A stretch of 64,000 nt of DNA, from the NCBI GenBank assembly GCA_043805415.1, contig JAZDHZ010000043.1, forward strand, positions 5,844 through 69,843. Direction: 5' to 3'. Under the pieces are notes generated by a model. That model did not search any database. It saw only the letters and a program-made list of their open reading frames with translations, and was not told the DNA's origin. Position numbers and translations under genes: made by a program. This DNA comes from Candidatus Omnitrophota bacterium. GTDB lineage: Bacteria; Omnitrophota; Gorgyraeia; B26-G9. Shown here piece by piece: positions 1 through 9,200 of this stretch (its first letter is position 1; every line of letters starts with the position of its first letter).

Positions 1-18
1 GCTTTACTGATAGTTGTT

Positions 19-411
19 TTGCCAGGAGGCGTGATTAGCCAAATTTGGCAAGCAAATTGGCGTATTGACGGCAAAATAGAACATAGTTACTTAAATCATT
101 TGTGCTATAAATGCAATAATTCAGCCACTCTCAGTCAAAAATACAGCAATGGCGAAACCTTGTATTTTTGTTCTGAACATAAACCTTTGGAAAAAATTAG
201 ACGCAAGTATGGAGCAAAGAGCAATTCTAAAATAAAGGGATATAATCCTTTATTTTGTACTATAATAATTTTGGCTATTTATCTTGGAAATTTTATTAAT
301 GCTTTATTTAGTTTAATTATTAAGCATAAAAACAAAGCTGGATCAATTATCGGAGCTGGTTGGGGCATTTTTTGGGCAATTATTTTTTTAATTTGGTTTA
401 AAAATTTATAA
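19..411 (+). CDS. hypothetical small protein with Cys-rich N-terminus (CxxC...CxxH) and C-terminal hydrophobic helices
   Basis: ORF track; CYKC...CSEH motif, two C-terminal hydrophobic stretches; no recognisable family. Confidence 0.3.
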   Translation: MPGGVISQIWQANWRIDGKIEHSYLNHLCYKCNNSATLSQKYSNGETLYFCSEHKPLEKIRRKYGAKSNSKIKGYNPLFCTIIILAIYLGNFINALFSLIIKHKNKAGSIIGAGWGIFWAIIFLIWFKNL

Positions 412-481
412 TATTTGCGGGTTTAAAATTAAAATAATTAATTGTTTTAACATCTTCGGGAATTTAGGATAAGGTTTTCAC

Positions 482-2062
482 ATGTTTTTAATTCAAAATT
501 TAAAACTAGCTTTTGATCATACGCAAGAAGATCTTAAAAAAGCAATAGCAAAATCAATAAACATTGATATTAATCGAATTAAGCATTTTGAGATTAAGCG
601 CAAATCAATCGATGCTCGTTCGAAAACCATGATTTGTTTTGTTTATTCACTGTCAGTATCAGTGGATCCGGCTATTGCCGATAAGATTGAGATTGACAAT
701 AAACATATTCTTAATTACTTGCCTGTGGTTTATCAGCTGCCCAGCACAAAACGCAAAATAAACAAGCCGCCGATTATTATTGGTGCTGGTCCGGCCGGGT
801 TATTTGCCGGATTGCTTTTATCCGAAGCCGGGTTTTCGCCGCTAATTCTAGAACAAGGCAAAGATGTTGATGCGCGAACCGCTGATATTCAGCGGTTTTT
901 TAGCCAGGGCAAGCTGAATGAACAGTCTAATGTGCAGTTTGGGGAAGGCGGGGCAGGCACTTTTTCTGACGGAAAACTTTACACTTTGATCAATGACAAA
1001 CGTTCTCAAAAAGTTTTTGAGCTATTTGTGCAAGCCGGCGCGCCGCCGGAAATATTATACAGCGCCAAGCCGCATATCGGCACAGACAAGCTTAGAGAAG
1101 TTGTGAAGAATTTGCGCGAAAAAATCAAGGCCTTAGGCGGTCAGATAAAGTTTAATACCAAAATCACTGATTTTATAATTGAAAATAATAAAGCGCGGGC
1201 TGCCATCAGCGCTAGCAATGAAAGCTTTGAATCTGAAATCATAATCCTGGCTTTGGGCGGCAGCGCTCGCCATACCTTTGAGTTATTATATAAAAAAGGT
1301 CTGCGCATGCAGTCAAAACCCTTTTCCATCGGCGTGCGTATCGAGCATCCGCAAACTCTGATCAGTAAAGCTAAATACCGTAATTTTTACAATGATCCGC
1401 GTTTAGGACCCGCTGAATATAAACTCGCGCATCATGCGCATAATAATCGTTCAGTTTATTCCTTTTGCATGTGCCCGGGAGGAACAGTTGTCGCCTGTTC
1501 CTCGGAAAATGAGGGAATTGTTACTAATGGAATGAGCGAATTTGCCAGAGACAAACAAAATGCCAATAGTGCGATTGTTGTGGGAGTCAGGCCAGAGGAT
1601 TTTGGCTCAGATAATCCGCTGGCGGGAATTGACTTTCAACGTAAATGGGAAAAACTAGCGTTTAAAACCGGAGGCAGTAATTTTATTGCCCCAGCTCAGC
1701 TGGTAGGTGATTTTTTAAACAAAAAAAGATCAAAGCAATTAGGCAGTGTTCAGCCTTCATATCCTTTGGGAATATTGCTGGGAGATTTAACTGAATGTTT
1801 GCCGGAATTTGTAACTGATACCATAAAACAAGGATTAATTGAGTTTGATAAAAAAATAAAAGGTTTTGCCCTGCCTGATGCTGTTTTAACCGGAGTGGAA
1901 ACCAGAACTTCTTCGCCGGTGCGGATTTTAAGAGATGAAAAATACTGCAGCAATATAAAGGGTTTTTATCCGATTGGGGAAGGCGCTGGTTATGCGGGCG
2001 GCATTGTTTCCGCGGCGCTGGATGGGATAAAAGCAGCCGAAGCAATCCTGGGATTAGAATAA
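482..2062 (+). CDS. FAD-dependent dehydrogenase (COG2509-like NAD(FAD)-utilizing dehydrogenase)
   Basis: N-terminal Rossmann dinucleotide-binding motif IIIGAGPAGLFAGLLLSEAG, length 526 aa, C-terminal GEGAGYAGGI motif typical of this FAD family. Confidence 0.7.
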   Translation: MFLIQNLKLAFDHTQEDLKKAIAKSINIDINRIKHFEIKRKSIDARSKTMICFVYSLSVSVDPAIADKIEIDNKHILNYLPVVYQLPSTKRKINKPPIIIGAGPAGLFAGLLLSEAGFSPLILEQGKDVDARTADIQRFFSQGKLNEQSNVQFGEGGAGTFSDGKLYTLINDKRSQKVFELFVQAGAPPEILYSAKPHIGTDKLREVVKNLREKIKALGGQIKFNTKITDFIIENNKARAAISASNESFESEIIILALGGSARHTFELLYKKGLRMQSKPFSIGVRIEHPQTLISKAKYRNFYNDPRLGPAEYKLAHHAHNNRSVYSFCMCPGGTVVACSSENEGIVTNGMSEFARDKQNANSAIVVGVRPEDFGSDNPLAGIDFQRKWEKLAFKTGGSNFIAPAQLVGDFLNKKRSKQLGSVQPSYPLGILLGDLTECLPEFVTDTIKQGLIEFDKKIKGFALPDAVLTGVETRTSSPVRILRDEKYCSNIKGFYPIGEGAGYAGGIVSAALDGIKAAEAILGLE

Positions 2063-2173
2063 CTAAACAGATCGCAATGCTCAAAAACAATATTAACACC
2101 CAAGCGCGAAGCCGCGCTAAAAGACAAAATTGCCGGCAAACTTTAAATTAAAGCTTAGACGGCTGGATTATTT

Positions 2174-3592
2174 ATGAAAAAAATAATAAAACAATTGGCA
2201 AAAAAGATTTTGCTTATTTTCTTGGGGATTATATTTGCTGGTTTAGCAATTGAGCTGAGCTTACAGGCTTTTATCTGTTTTTCGGGATTAGCAAATCAGT
2301 TTGATCAAAAAACAAGGTTCAATTGTAAAAAAGTAAAAATACTCTGTCTTGGTGATTCGTTTACCTACGGCATAGGCGCGGAAAAGGGATTTAGCTACCC
2401 TGAACAGCTGCAAGTAATGCTGAATGAAAAACAAAACCAGCAGGAATTTGAGGTTATTAATTGCGGGCAGCCCGGATTTAATACTGCTTTAATTGTCCAA
2501 AGAGCTTTGTCCCGGATTAAAGACTTAAACCCAAATATTTTAATTATCATGACTGGAGCTAATGATTATTGGAATTTATCAGGTTTGGGCAAGGATACTG
2601 GGAACATTTTACTAGAATTAAACTCTTTGCTGTATAATTTCCGTTCTTACCGTTTAATCCAGATCGGCATGTCTAAGCTGATTCAAAAAAATAATGTTTA
2701 TCAGACCGGCATTAATCAGCTAAGACACAAGCTAAAGCCAAAGGAGTTCGAACAAGCCTTGGAATTCTTGCGCTTTATTAAATATTTCCGGCATTTTAAA
2801 CTTTCCCATAACTATGAACAAGCCTTGATTGCTTTAGATCAGGCCTTAAACCTGCGTTATTTTGATCAGCATGTTTTTGAACTATTGGATGAATTGTTTA
2901 TTGATTGGCGGGATTTTTCCAAAGCAATCTGCTATTATGAAAGACTTAATCAGTTAAATCCGGATGATGGAAACGTTGATATTCGTCTGGCGAGAATGTA
3001 TAAAGCGGTTCAGGACTATGAAAAGTCGCTTACATTTTACAAAAAAGTTCATGCGCTTGATCCGGATTCAGCAGAAGCAGCTGCCGGAATAATTAATGCG
3101 GATAATTTTTTAAAACAAAAAATAAGCAAAAACTTTACGATCAATCCTGATGAGCATTCGCTGGTTTGCAAAAACAATTTTAATTTAAAAGATATTTTTA
3201 GTGAAAACCTGGAATTAGCCGATGAAGATTATGCTTTATTGCTGGATATGATTTTACTGGTACAGAGACCCCAATTTATCAAAGAGAATAAATACCGAAA
3301 ATCTTTAGAGCCTATTTATATGAATAAATTGAAGTTGCTTGCTGATTTATGCGAACAGAAAAAGCTAAAAGTTTTATTTTTAAGTTATCCTAACTTTGTA
3401 AGAGACTATGCGTATAAAGGTTTGAAAAACAAAAATACTGAATTTATTGACCTGAGAGATAAATTCGCCCAAATCGTAAATCCCAAAAACAGAAGCGAAT
3501 ATGAATCGCTTGACGCCCATTGCACAGCAAAAGGTTATCGCCTGATTGCCGATATTGTAAGTGAGCAGATAATTAAGGATTTAGTAAAATAA
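2174..3592 (+). CDS. SGNH/GDSL-type hydrolase domain protein with TPR repeats, N-terminal membrane anchor
   Basis: GDSFTYG block I motif and GANDYW block III-like motif of SGNH hydrolases; TPR-like helical repeats in middle (YYERLNQLNPDD..., YKKVHALDPDS). Confidence 0.55.
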   Translation: MKKIIKQLAKKILLIFLGIIFAGLAIELSLQAFICFSGLANQFDQKTRFNCKKVKILCLGDSFTYGIGAEKGFSYPEQLQVMLNEKQNQQEFEVINCGQPGFNTALIVQRALSRIKDLNPNILIIMTGANDYWNLSGLGKDTGNILLELNSLLYNFRSYRLIQIGMSKLIQKNNVYQTGINQLRHKLKPKEFEQALEFLRFIKYFRHFKLSHNYEQALIALDQALNLRYFDQHVFELLDELFIDWRDFSKAICYYERLNQLNPDDGNVDIRLARMYKAVQDYEKSLTFYKKVHALDPDSAEAAAGIINADNFLKQKISKNFTINPDEHSLVCKNNFNLKDIFSENLELADEDYALLLDMILLVQRPQFIKENKYRKSLEPIYMNKLKLLADLCEQKKLKVLFLSYPNFVRDYAYKGLKNKNTEFIDLRDKFAQIVNPKNRSEYESLDAHCTAKGYRLIADIVSEQIIKDLVK

Positions 3593-3671
3593 GCTGTAAC
3601 GATAAACTCTCTAAGCAGCTTACGGAAAATGATTTGTCAAGGGGTATATTTTTCAGGCGATGTCTTTTTTA

Positions 3672-3700
3672 TTGACGCACTGACAGCAAGGGAGTATTAT
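3672..3700 (+). promoter_or_regulatory. sigma70-like promoter (TTGACG - 17 bp - TATTAT)
   Basis: Near-consensus -35 and -10 hexamers with 17-bp spacer read directly in sequence; a perfect 8-bp-arm palindrome atatcagaTGGtctgatat lies at 3857-3878 just upstream of the next CDS. Confidence 0.4.
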
Positions 3701-3919
3701 TTATTTATCATAATTAAGTAAAAAAAGTCTCTAATACCACAGTGGAGCGGAAGATGAGGCTAAAAATATAATAATATAAAGGCAATTTCTAAGTAAAGGG
3801 ATTGCTTTTTTATTTAGAGCCTTTAGCCAGGATTAAACGCCGCTAAATATAGAAATCTTATAATATCAGATGGTCTGATATTATATTTTAGATAGAGCTA
3901 ATAGCCAAAGGAGATACAT

Positions 3920-4333
3920 ATGAAAACAAAAGCAGGTTTGTGGATTGACCATAAGAAAGCGATTGTTGTAGCGATTACAGATAAAGGCGAAGAAGCGATT
4001 GAAGTAATAATATCAGAAACAGGCAAACAGCCCCGCCGTTCTGGGGATTGCCCGCTTAAGGGTGACTATGAATCACAGCAAGCTCCGGAAAGTGATGTCC
4101 GCCAAAAAACTTTGACCGGACAGCTAAATGTTTATTATAATGAAATAATCGCCAGCATTCGGCAGGCAGAATCTATTCTGATATTTGGCCCGGGTGAAGC
4201 AAAAACTGAACTGAAAAAACGCCTTGAAAAAAGCAGCCTAGGCAAACGCATCGTAGGCGTTGAAACAGTTGATAAGCTGACGGATCATCAGATTGCGGCA
4301 AAAGTACGAAAATATTTTTCAGAAGAAGCTTAA
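3920..4333 (+). CDS. hypothetical protein (possibly host-attachment/baeRF-like fold)
   Basis: 137 aa, good RBS aaaggagat 8 nt upstream of ATG; weak resemblance to release-factor-like small proteins, not verifiable here. Confidence 0.35.
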   Translation: MKTKAGLWIDHKKAIVVAITDKGEEAIEVIISETGKQPRRSGDCPLKGDYESQQAPESDVRQKTLTGQLNVYYNEIIASIRQAESILIFGPGEAKTELKKRLEKSSLGKRIVGVETVDKLTDHQIAAKVRKYFSEEA

Positions 4334-4435
4334 CGAATAAATTAATTGAACGGATTTTTCAGCGGTTAAACTTATCTCAAAGATAGCTTATTTATTTTTT
4401 TATATTTAAGTATTTTAATCTTCGGAGGAAAGATT

Positions 4436-5515
4436 ATGAAACTTTTCAGCAAATTTAATTTAGGAAAACTGGAATTAAAAAACCGTATTGTCATGTCTCC
4501 GATGACCCGCTCCAGAGCCACGGCTGAGCATATACCTAATGAGCTGATGGTTGAATACTATAAACAAAGAGCCAGTGCCGGACTGATAATTACCGAAGGC
4601 ACTGCGCCTTCAGCTAATGGCACGGGTTATCCGCGGATTCCGGGAATTTATAATCCAGCCCAAATCCAAGGCTGGAAGAAAATTACCGATGCCGTGCATG
4701 CTAAACAAGGGAAAATGTTTTTACAGATGATGCATACCGGACGGGTTTCCCATCCTGAGAATATGCCCGCAGGCGCAAAGATTATCGCTCCATCGGCAAT
4801 TGGCCTAAATGGGCAGATTTATACTGATTCCAAAGGCTTGCAGAATTTTCCTGTACCGCGGGAAATGAGTATAGCGGATATTGAACAAGCGCAAAATGAA
4901 TTTGTCCAGGCAGCCAAGAACGCGATTAAGGCGGGTTTTGACGGAGTAGAAATCCATGGAGCCAATGGATATCTGATTGATCAATTTATTAATCCGGCAG
5001 CAAATCAGCGCAACGATAACTATGGAAACACTGTGGAAAACCGCTGCAGGTTTGCCATAGAAGTTGCCCAGAAAGTAGTCAAAGCCATTGGACAGGAAAA
5101 AACCGGCATGCGGCTTTCTCCTTATGGGGTATTCAATGATATGAGTATCTTTGATCAGATTGAACAGACTTATAAATATCTTGCTGATGCCCTGGGCAAA
5201 ATAAAATTAGTTTATATTCATCTGGTAGACCATTCTTCAATGGGATCACCGCAAGTACCTGAAGCTATTGTATCCAATATTCGTAAATTTTTTAAGGGTA
5301 ACATTATTGCTAGCGGAGGATTGGATAAAGAAAAAGCCGAAGCCATATTAAAAGCAGATAAAGCTGATTTAACGGCATTTGGCAGGGCTTTTCTGGCTAA
5401 TCCGGACTTAGTATATAAAATGCAAAATGATGTAGCTTTAAATAATCCTGATTATGATACATTCTATACCCCAGGTGAAAAAGGTTATACTGATTATCCT
5501 ATTTCAGCTAAATAA
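4436..5515 (+). CDS. Old Yellow Enzyme family NADH:flavin oxidoreductase (alkene reductase, NemA-like)
   Basis: NRIVMSPMTRSRA N-terminal OYE signature, HGANGYLIDQF active-site region, TIM-barrel length 359 aa. Confidence 0.8.
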   Translation: MKLFSKFNLGKLELKNRIVMSPMTRSRATAEHIPNELMVEYYKQRASAGLIITEGTAPSANGTGYPRIPGIYNPAQIQGWKKITDAVHAKQGKMFLQMMHTGRVSHPENMPAGAKIIAPSAIGLNGQIYTDSKGLQNFPVPREMSIADIEQAQNEFVQAAKNAIKAGFDGVEIHGANGYLIDQFINPAANQRNDNYGNTVENRCRFAIEVAQKVVKAIGQEKTGMRLSPYGVFNDMSIFDQIEQTYKYLADALGKIKLVYIHLVDHSSMGSPQVPEAIVSNIRKFFKGNIIASGGLDKEKAEAILKADKADLTAFGRAFLANPDLVYKMQNDVALNNPDYDTFYTPGEKGYTDYPISAK

Positions 5516-6078
5516 ATTTATCAAAAAAATAGATGATTTATTTTTTCGGCTTAAGTATAAAGACATCCGTATCTTATCTAATTAAAACAATCGCCTCTTT
5601 TTAAAAACATTATTTACCCAGCAAAACTTTTAAAAATCATGCTTAATTTGGCAAAATCATAATTATGTGATATAATTTAACTAAGATAAGAGTTTATAAA
5701 AGAATGAAATATGTGTTGAGGAAGAGGAAGGTAATTATTTAGTATTTTATATTTATAATAATTATTCTTAAATAACGCAATTGTTTAAACTTATACACCT
5801 GCCTCCTTACTCCTCAAAGTTTTTGGGAAATTGCATTTTTGTATTATGCTTAATTTTTCTAAACCTAAGCAAAGTGCAAGTCTTCGAAAAAAAGCGTTTA
5901 AAGAAATATCCGAAAAGGCAAACCTGTCGAAAGGCAGGGGCATTCTAGTGGAATAACTATAATCGTTAATTCGCTAGAATCCCTTAAAAGGTTTTTTAAG
6001 GGGCAAAGCTATGGATCTAAAGCATATGTGATGATCGCCTGGCTGACCGATAACGAGTTAACCTATATGCCAAGATTG

Positions 6079-6114
6079 CCAAGCTGCCGAATTATTAGCA
6101 GATTGGCTTTTTTT
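6079..6114 (+). terminator. orphan intrinsic terminator-like hairpin (ccaagctgc ... gcagattgg + T7)
   Basis: 9-bp stem with one mismatch followed by TTTTTTT; nearest upstream CDS ends 560 bp away, so it may end an unannotated small transcript. Confidence 0.35.
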
Positions 6115-6204
6115 ATACTTATTAATATGATCCAGAAATAAATATTATATGGTTAGGTATTTTTCGATATTTTATATTTTTCCTTAAACAAATGGGGGCA
6201 AAAA

Positions 6205-9200
6205 ATGGATAAGCGAGCGCAATTAATTAAAATATGTTTAATTCTATATTGTCTTGAAGTTTTTATTCCGAATAGTATTTTTGCCCAACAATTGCCTGAG
6301 CAAACAGAGGCACAGACCGCTATTATTGAGGAATCATTCACTGATGGAAATGTGGAAACTCTGACCATTGCAGCTGACCCAGACACAATTCATTTGGAAT
6401 CAATGCTTTCTTCAGAGCAATTAGCGGAAACTTATGCGTATGCCTTTGACCTGCTTAATGACCAAGGCGCTGAGGATATAATTACTGCTTATCTTGAAAA
6501 TGGCTATAGTTTATCAGCTATTGGAGAAATCCTTAAAAATGCCAGCTTTTCTTTAGAAGATACTTTTAAGGCAATGGTTAATCATTTAGGGGAAGATTCC
6601 CTTGGGGAAATTATCGGAGCTCTGCTGGAAGCTAAATTTAAATCAGGGGATGTATTTAAAGTCGCGATAAATCACTTAAAGCAGGTAAGTCCTGAGCTTA
6701 CTGATAATCAAATTATTGAAAAAGTTTTGGGAACATCCGTAGATCCGGCTAATTTAAAAAGCTTGATGCAGGAGATTTTTATTGAAAAAATTTCCTCAGT
6801 AAGCGATCCGATTAAGTGCGATTTAGTTATAGCTATGATTGATTCGGGATTTAGCTTAAATGAAATAACTAGCGCATTAACTGAAAATGGTTTTAGTATT
6901 GATCAAATTGCTCAAATTTATAGTTTAGGCAGCATTGATATTGGTTTAACTTATGATCTATTGCTAAATACGCCGGGTTCGCAGGAAACGGATGTGATCA
7001 GAGCTTTACTTGCTTCATCTTACACTAAATCAGAAGTATTTGAGTGTATAGTCAATAAACTTTCTGGAACTAAAAGTGTTGAACAAATTGTGTCAACTAT
7101 CATGGGGCAGATTGATGTTGGCGGCCCAAGCGATGAACAATTAAACAATGCTATTGTTCTGTCTGGAGTATTACATGCTGGAGGAATAAGTATTTCTGAA
7201 ATAAGCGGAGCTTTTCTTTCCGCGGGATTTAATTTAGACAATGTTGTGGCTGTGCTTAACGGGATTGGAACTGCTCTGGATGATGCTTTTGCAACTTTGC
7301 TAGGCGCTAATGGCGGACAGAGTATTGCTGATGTGGCAGCAGCTTTAATCAGTAATGGATTTGATGTGCATGCTGTTTTCGCGCTAAGCACTGCAGAATT
7401 TAAAAACCAGGGAGTCGGCTTAACTCAGGTTGTCCAGGCACTTATTGGAACCATTGATCCTGAGAAAGGGCCGACTAAAAACCAGACAGATAATTCGCGG
7501 TTATTAGTAGATGTGTTGCTTAACGCAGATGACTCTTTACAGAACATAGCTGAAGCTTTTATTGCCAATGATTTTGGTTTGGAGAATACGGCTAAATTAT
7601 TTAAAAGCAATGGTGTATCAGCAGTGGATACTTATAATGCTTTAGTTGGGGCTACGGAAGGTGAATACGCGAGCGTAGCAGTGGCAATGACTACTATTGG
7701 TTTTACTGGCAGCATTGTTATTGAGCTTGCGGTAACAGATCTTAAGGCTCATGAATTCAGTAACGCGGATATTATGTCAATGCTAATTGGAACTGTAGAA
7801 GAAGGTAAAATTCCTACTAACCCTCAGATAACTATAGCGGGTTGCTTAACAAAAATTTTAATTGATCAGGGCGTTGCTTTGCCGGAAATCGGAGAAAATC
7901 TTATTAGCCAAGGCTTTAATTTAAATTATACAGCTAAAATATTTAAAAAAGCTGATGTTGATATCACTGAGGCATTTTCGGTTATGATTAAATTGGACGC
8001 CGAGGCAGGCTTTGATGTTGTATGCGCAGATTTGAAAGCCGCCGGCTACAGGGCCGCGGATATATTTAAAGAAGCGGTAACTGCCCTGCAGGAGCAAGGG
8101 CATGGTGTCAGTGAAATTATAAATATTTTAATCACTGCGGTTGATTCTGGAAAAAATGCTACAGGCGCGCAAATTAATAATGCTGGCGACTTGGTAAAGT
8201 ATTTAATTTCCGGGGGCAGCGCATCACAGGAAATTTGCGAAGGGCTCTTGGCTATTAATTTTTCTTTATCTGACATCGCGAAGGTAATGCGAAAAACAAG
8301 CGTAGAACTTGATGTTGTTTTTGCGGAAATCCTTGCTCTGGGTGGCGGGCAGGACATTGGTTTGGTTTCTGAGGCGCTTATTGCCGGAAGCTATGATCGT
8401 AATAGTGTTTTTCAAATAGCAATAGGAGAATTAAAAGCTCAAGATTACAGTACAGCCGCGATTATAAATACGCTAATCGGCGTGGTTGATCCCGAAGAAG
8501 GACAATCCGTTTATCAGAAAACTAATGCCCCATACTTGCTGCTGAGTTTATCTTTGGATGGGGGAAATTTAGAAGAAATCTGCGGCGGTTTTCTTAGTGC
8601 TGGTTTTAGTTTAGACGAAATAGCGTCAGCAACAAAAAAAGTCAACATTGATCTTATCCAAACCTATTCCGCGTTATTAAACGCGAATGGCGGTCAAGAT
8701 TCTGAAGCTGTGATTAACGCGCTTAATAATGCCGGATATGAAATATCGACCTTGTTCGAATTAATTGTTCCAGAGCTTCAGGGTAAGGATTACAGTACAG
8801 CGCAGATAATAACTTTCTTAATCGGCAATGTTAATCCAGTATCTGGACTTTCCGCTAAACAATTAGAAAGAGCGCATATTCTGGTTTATGTTCTAAGCGA
8901 AACAGGGGAATCTATAGAAAATATTTCCACAGCTATGGCTACTGCTGGATTTAAAGTCGAAGACAATGCGAAAATACTTTATCGGAAAATTGGAGATGCT
9001 GCTGAAGCCTACAATCTATTAACTAGTACTTACGGCCAAGAAAGTGTCACTACCATAGCTTTAGGAATGATTAATGCTGGATATGATATAGAATCTGTGC
9101 TCAATATAATTATTCCTATTTTCGAAGATCAAGAACTTTCCATGCCGGATATTATTAGCACAATTATCGGAGTAATCGCTTCAGAAAATAAGCCGACCTC

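Noticed and set aside
1141-2099. Minus-strand ORFs 1141-1329, 1683-2099, 1750-1953 inside the FAD-dehydrogenase gene
   Set aside because: They are antisense to a well-supported CDS with clear motifs. They have no RBS or conserved features.
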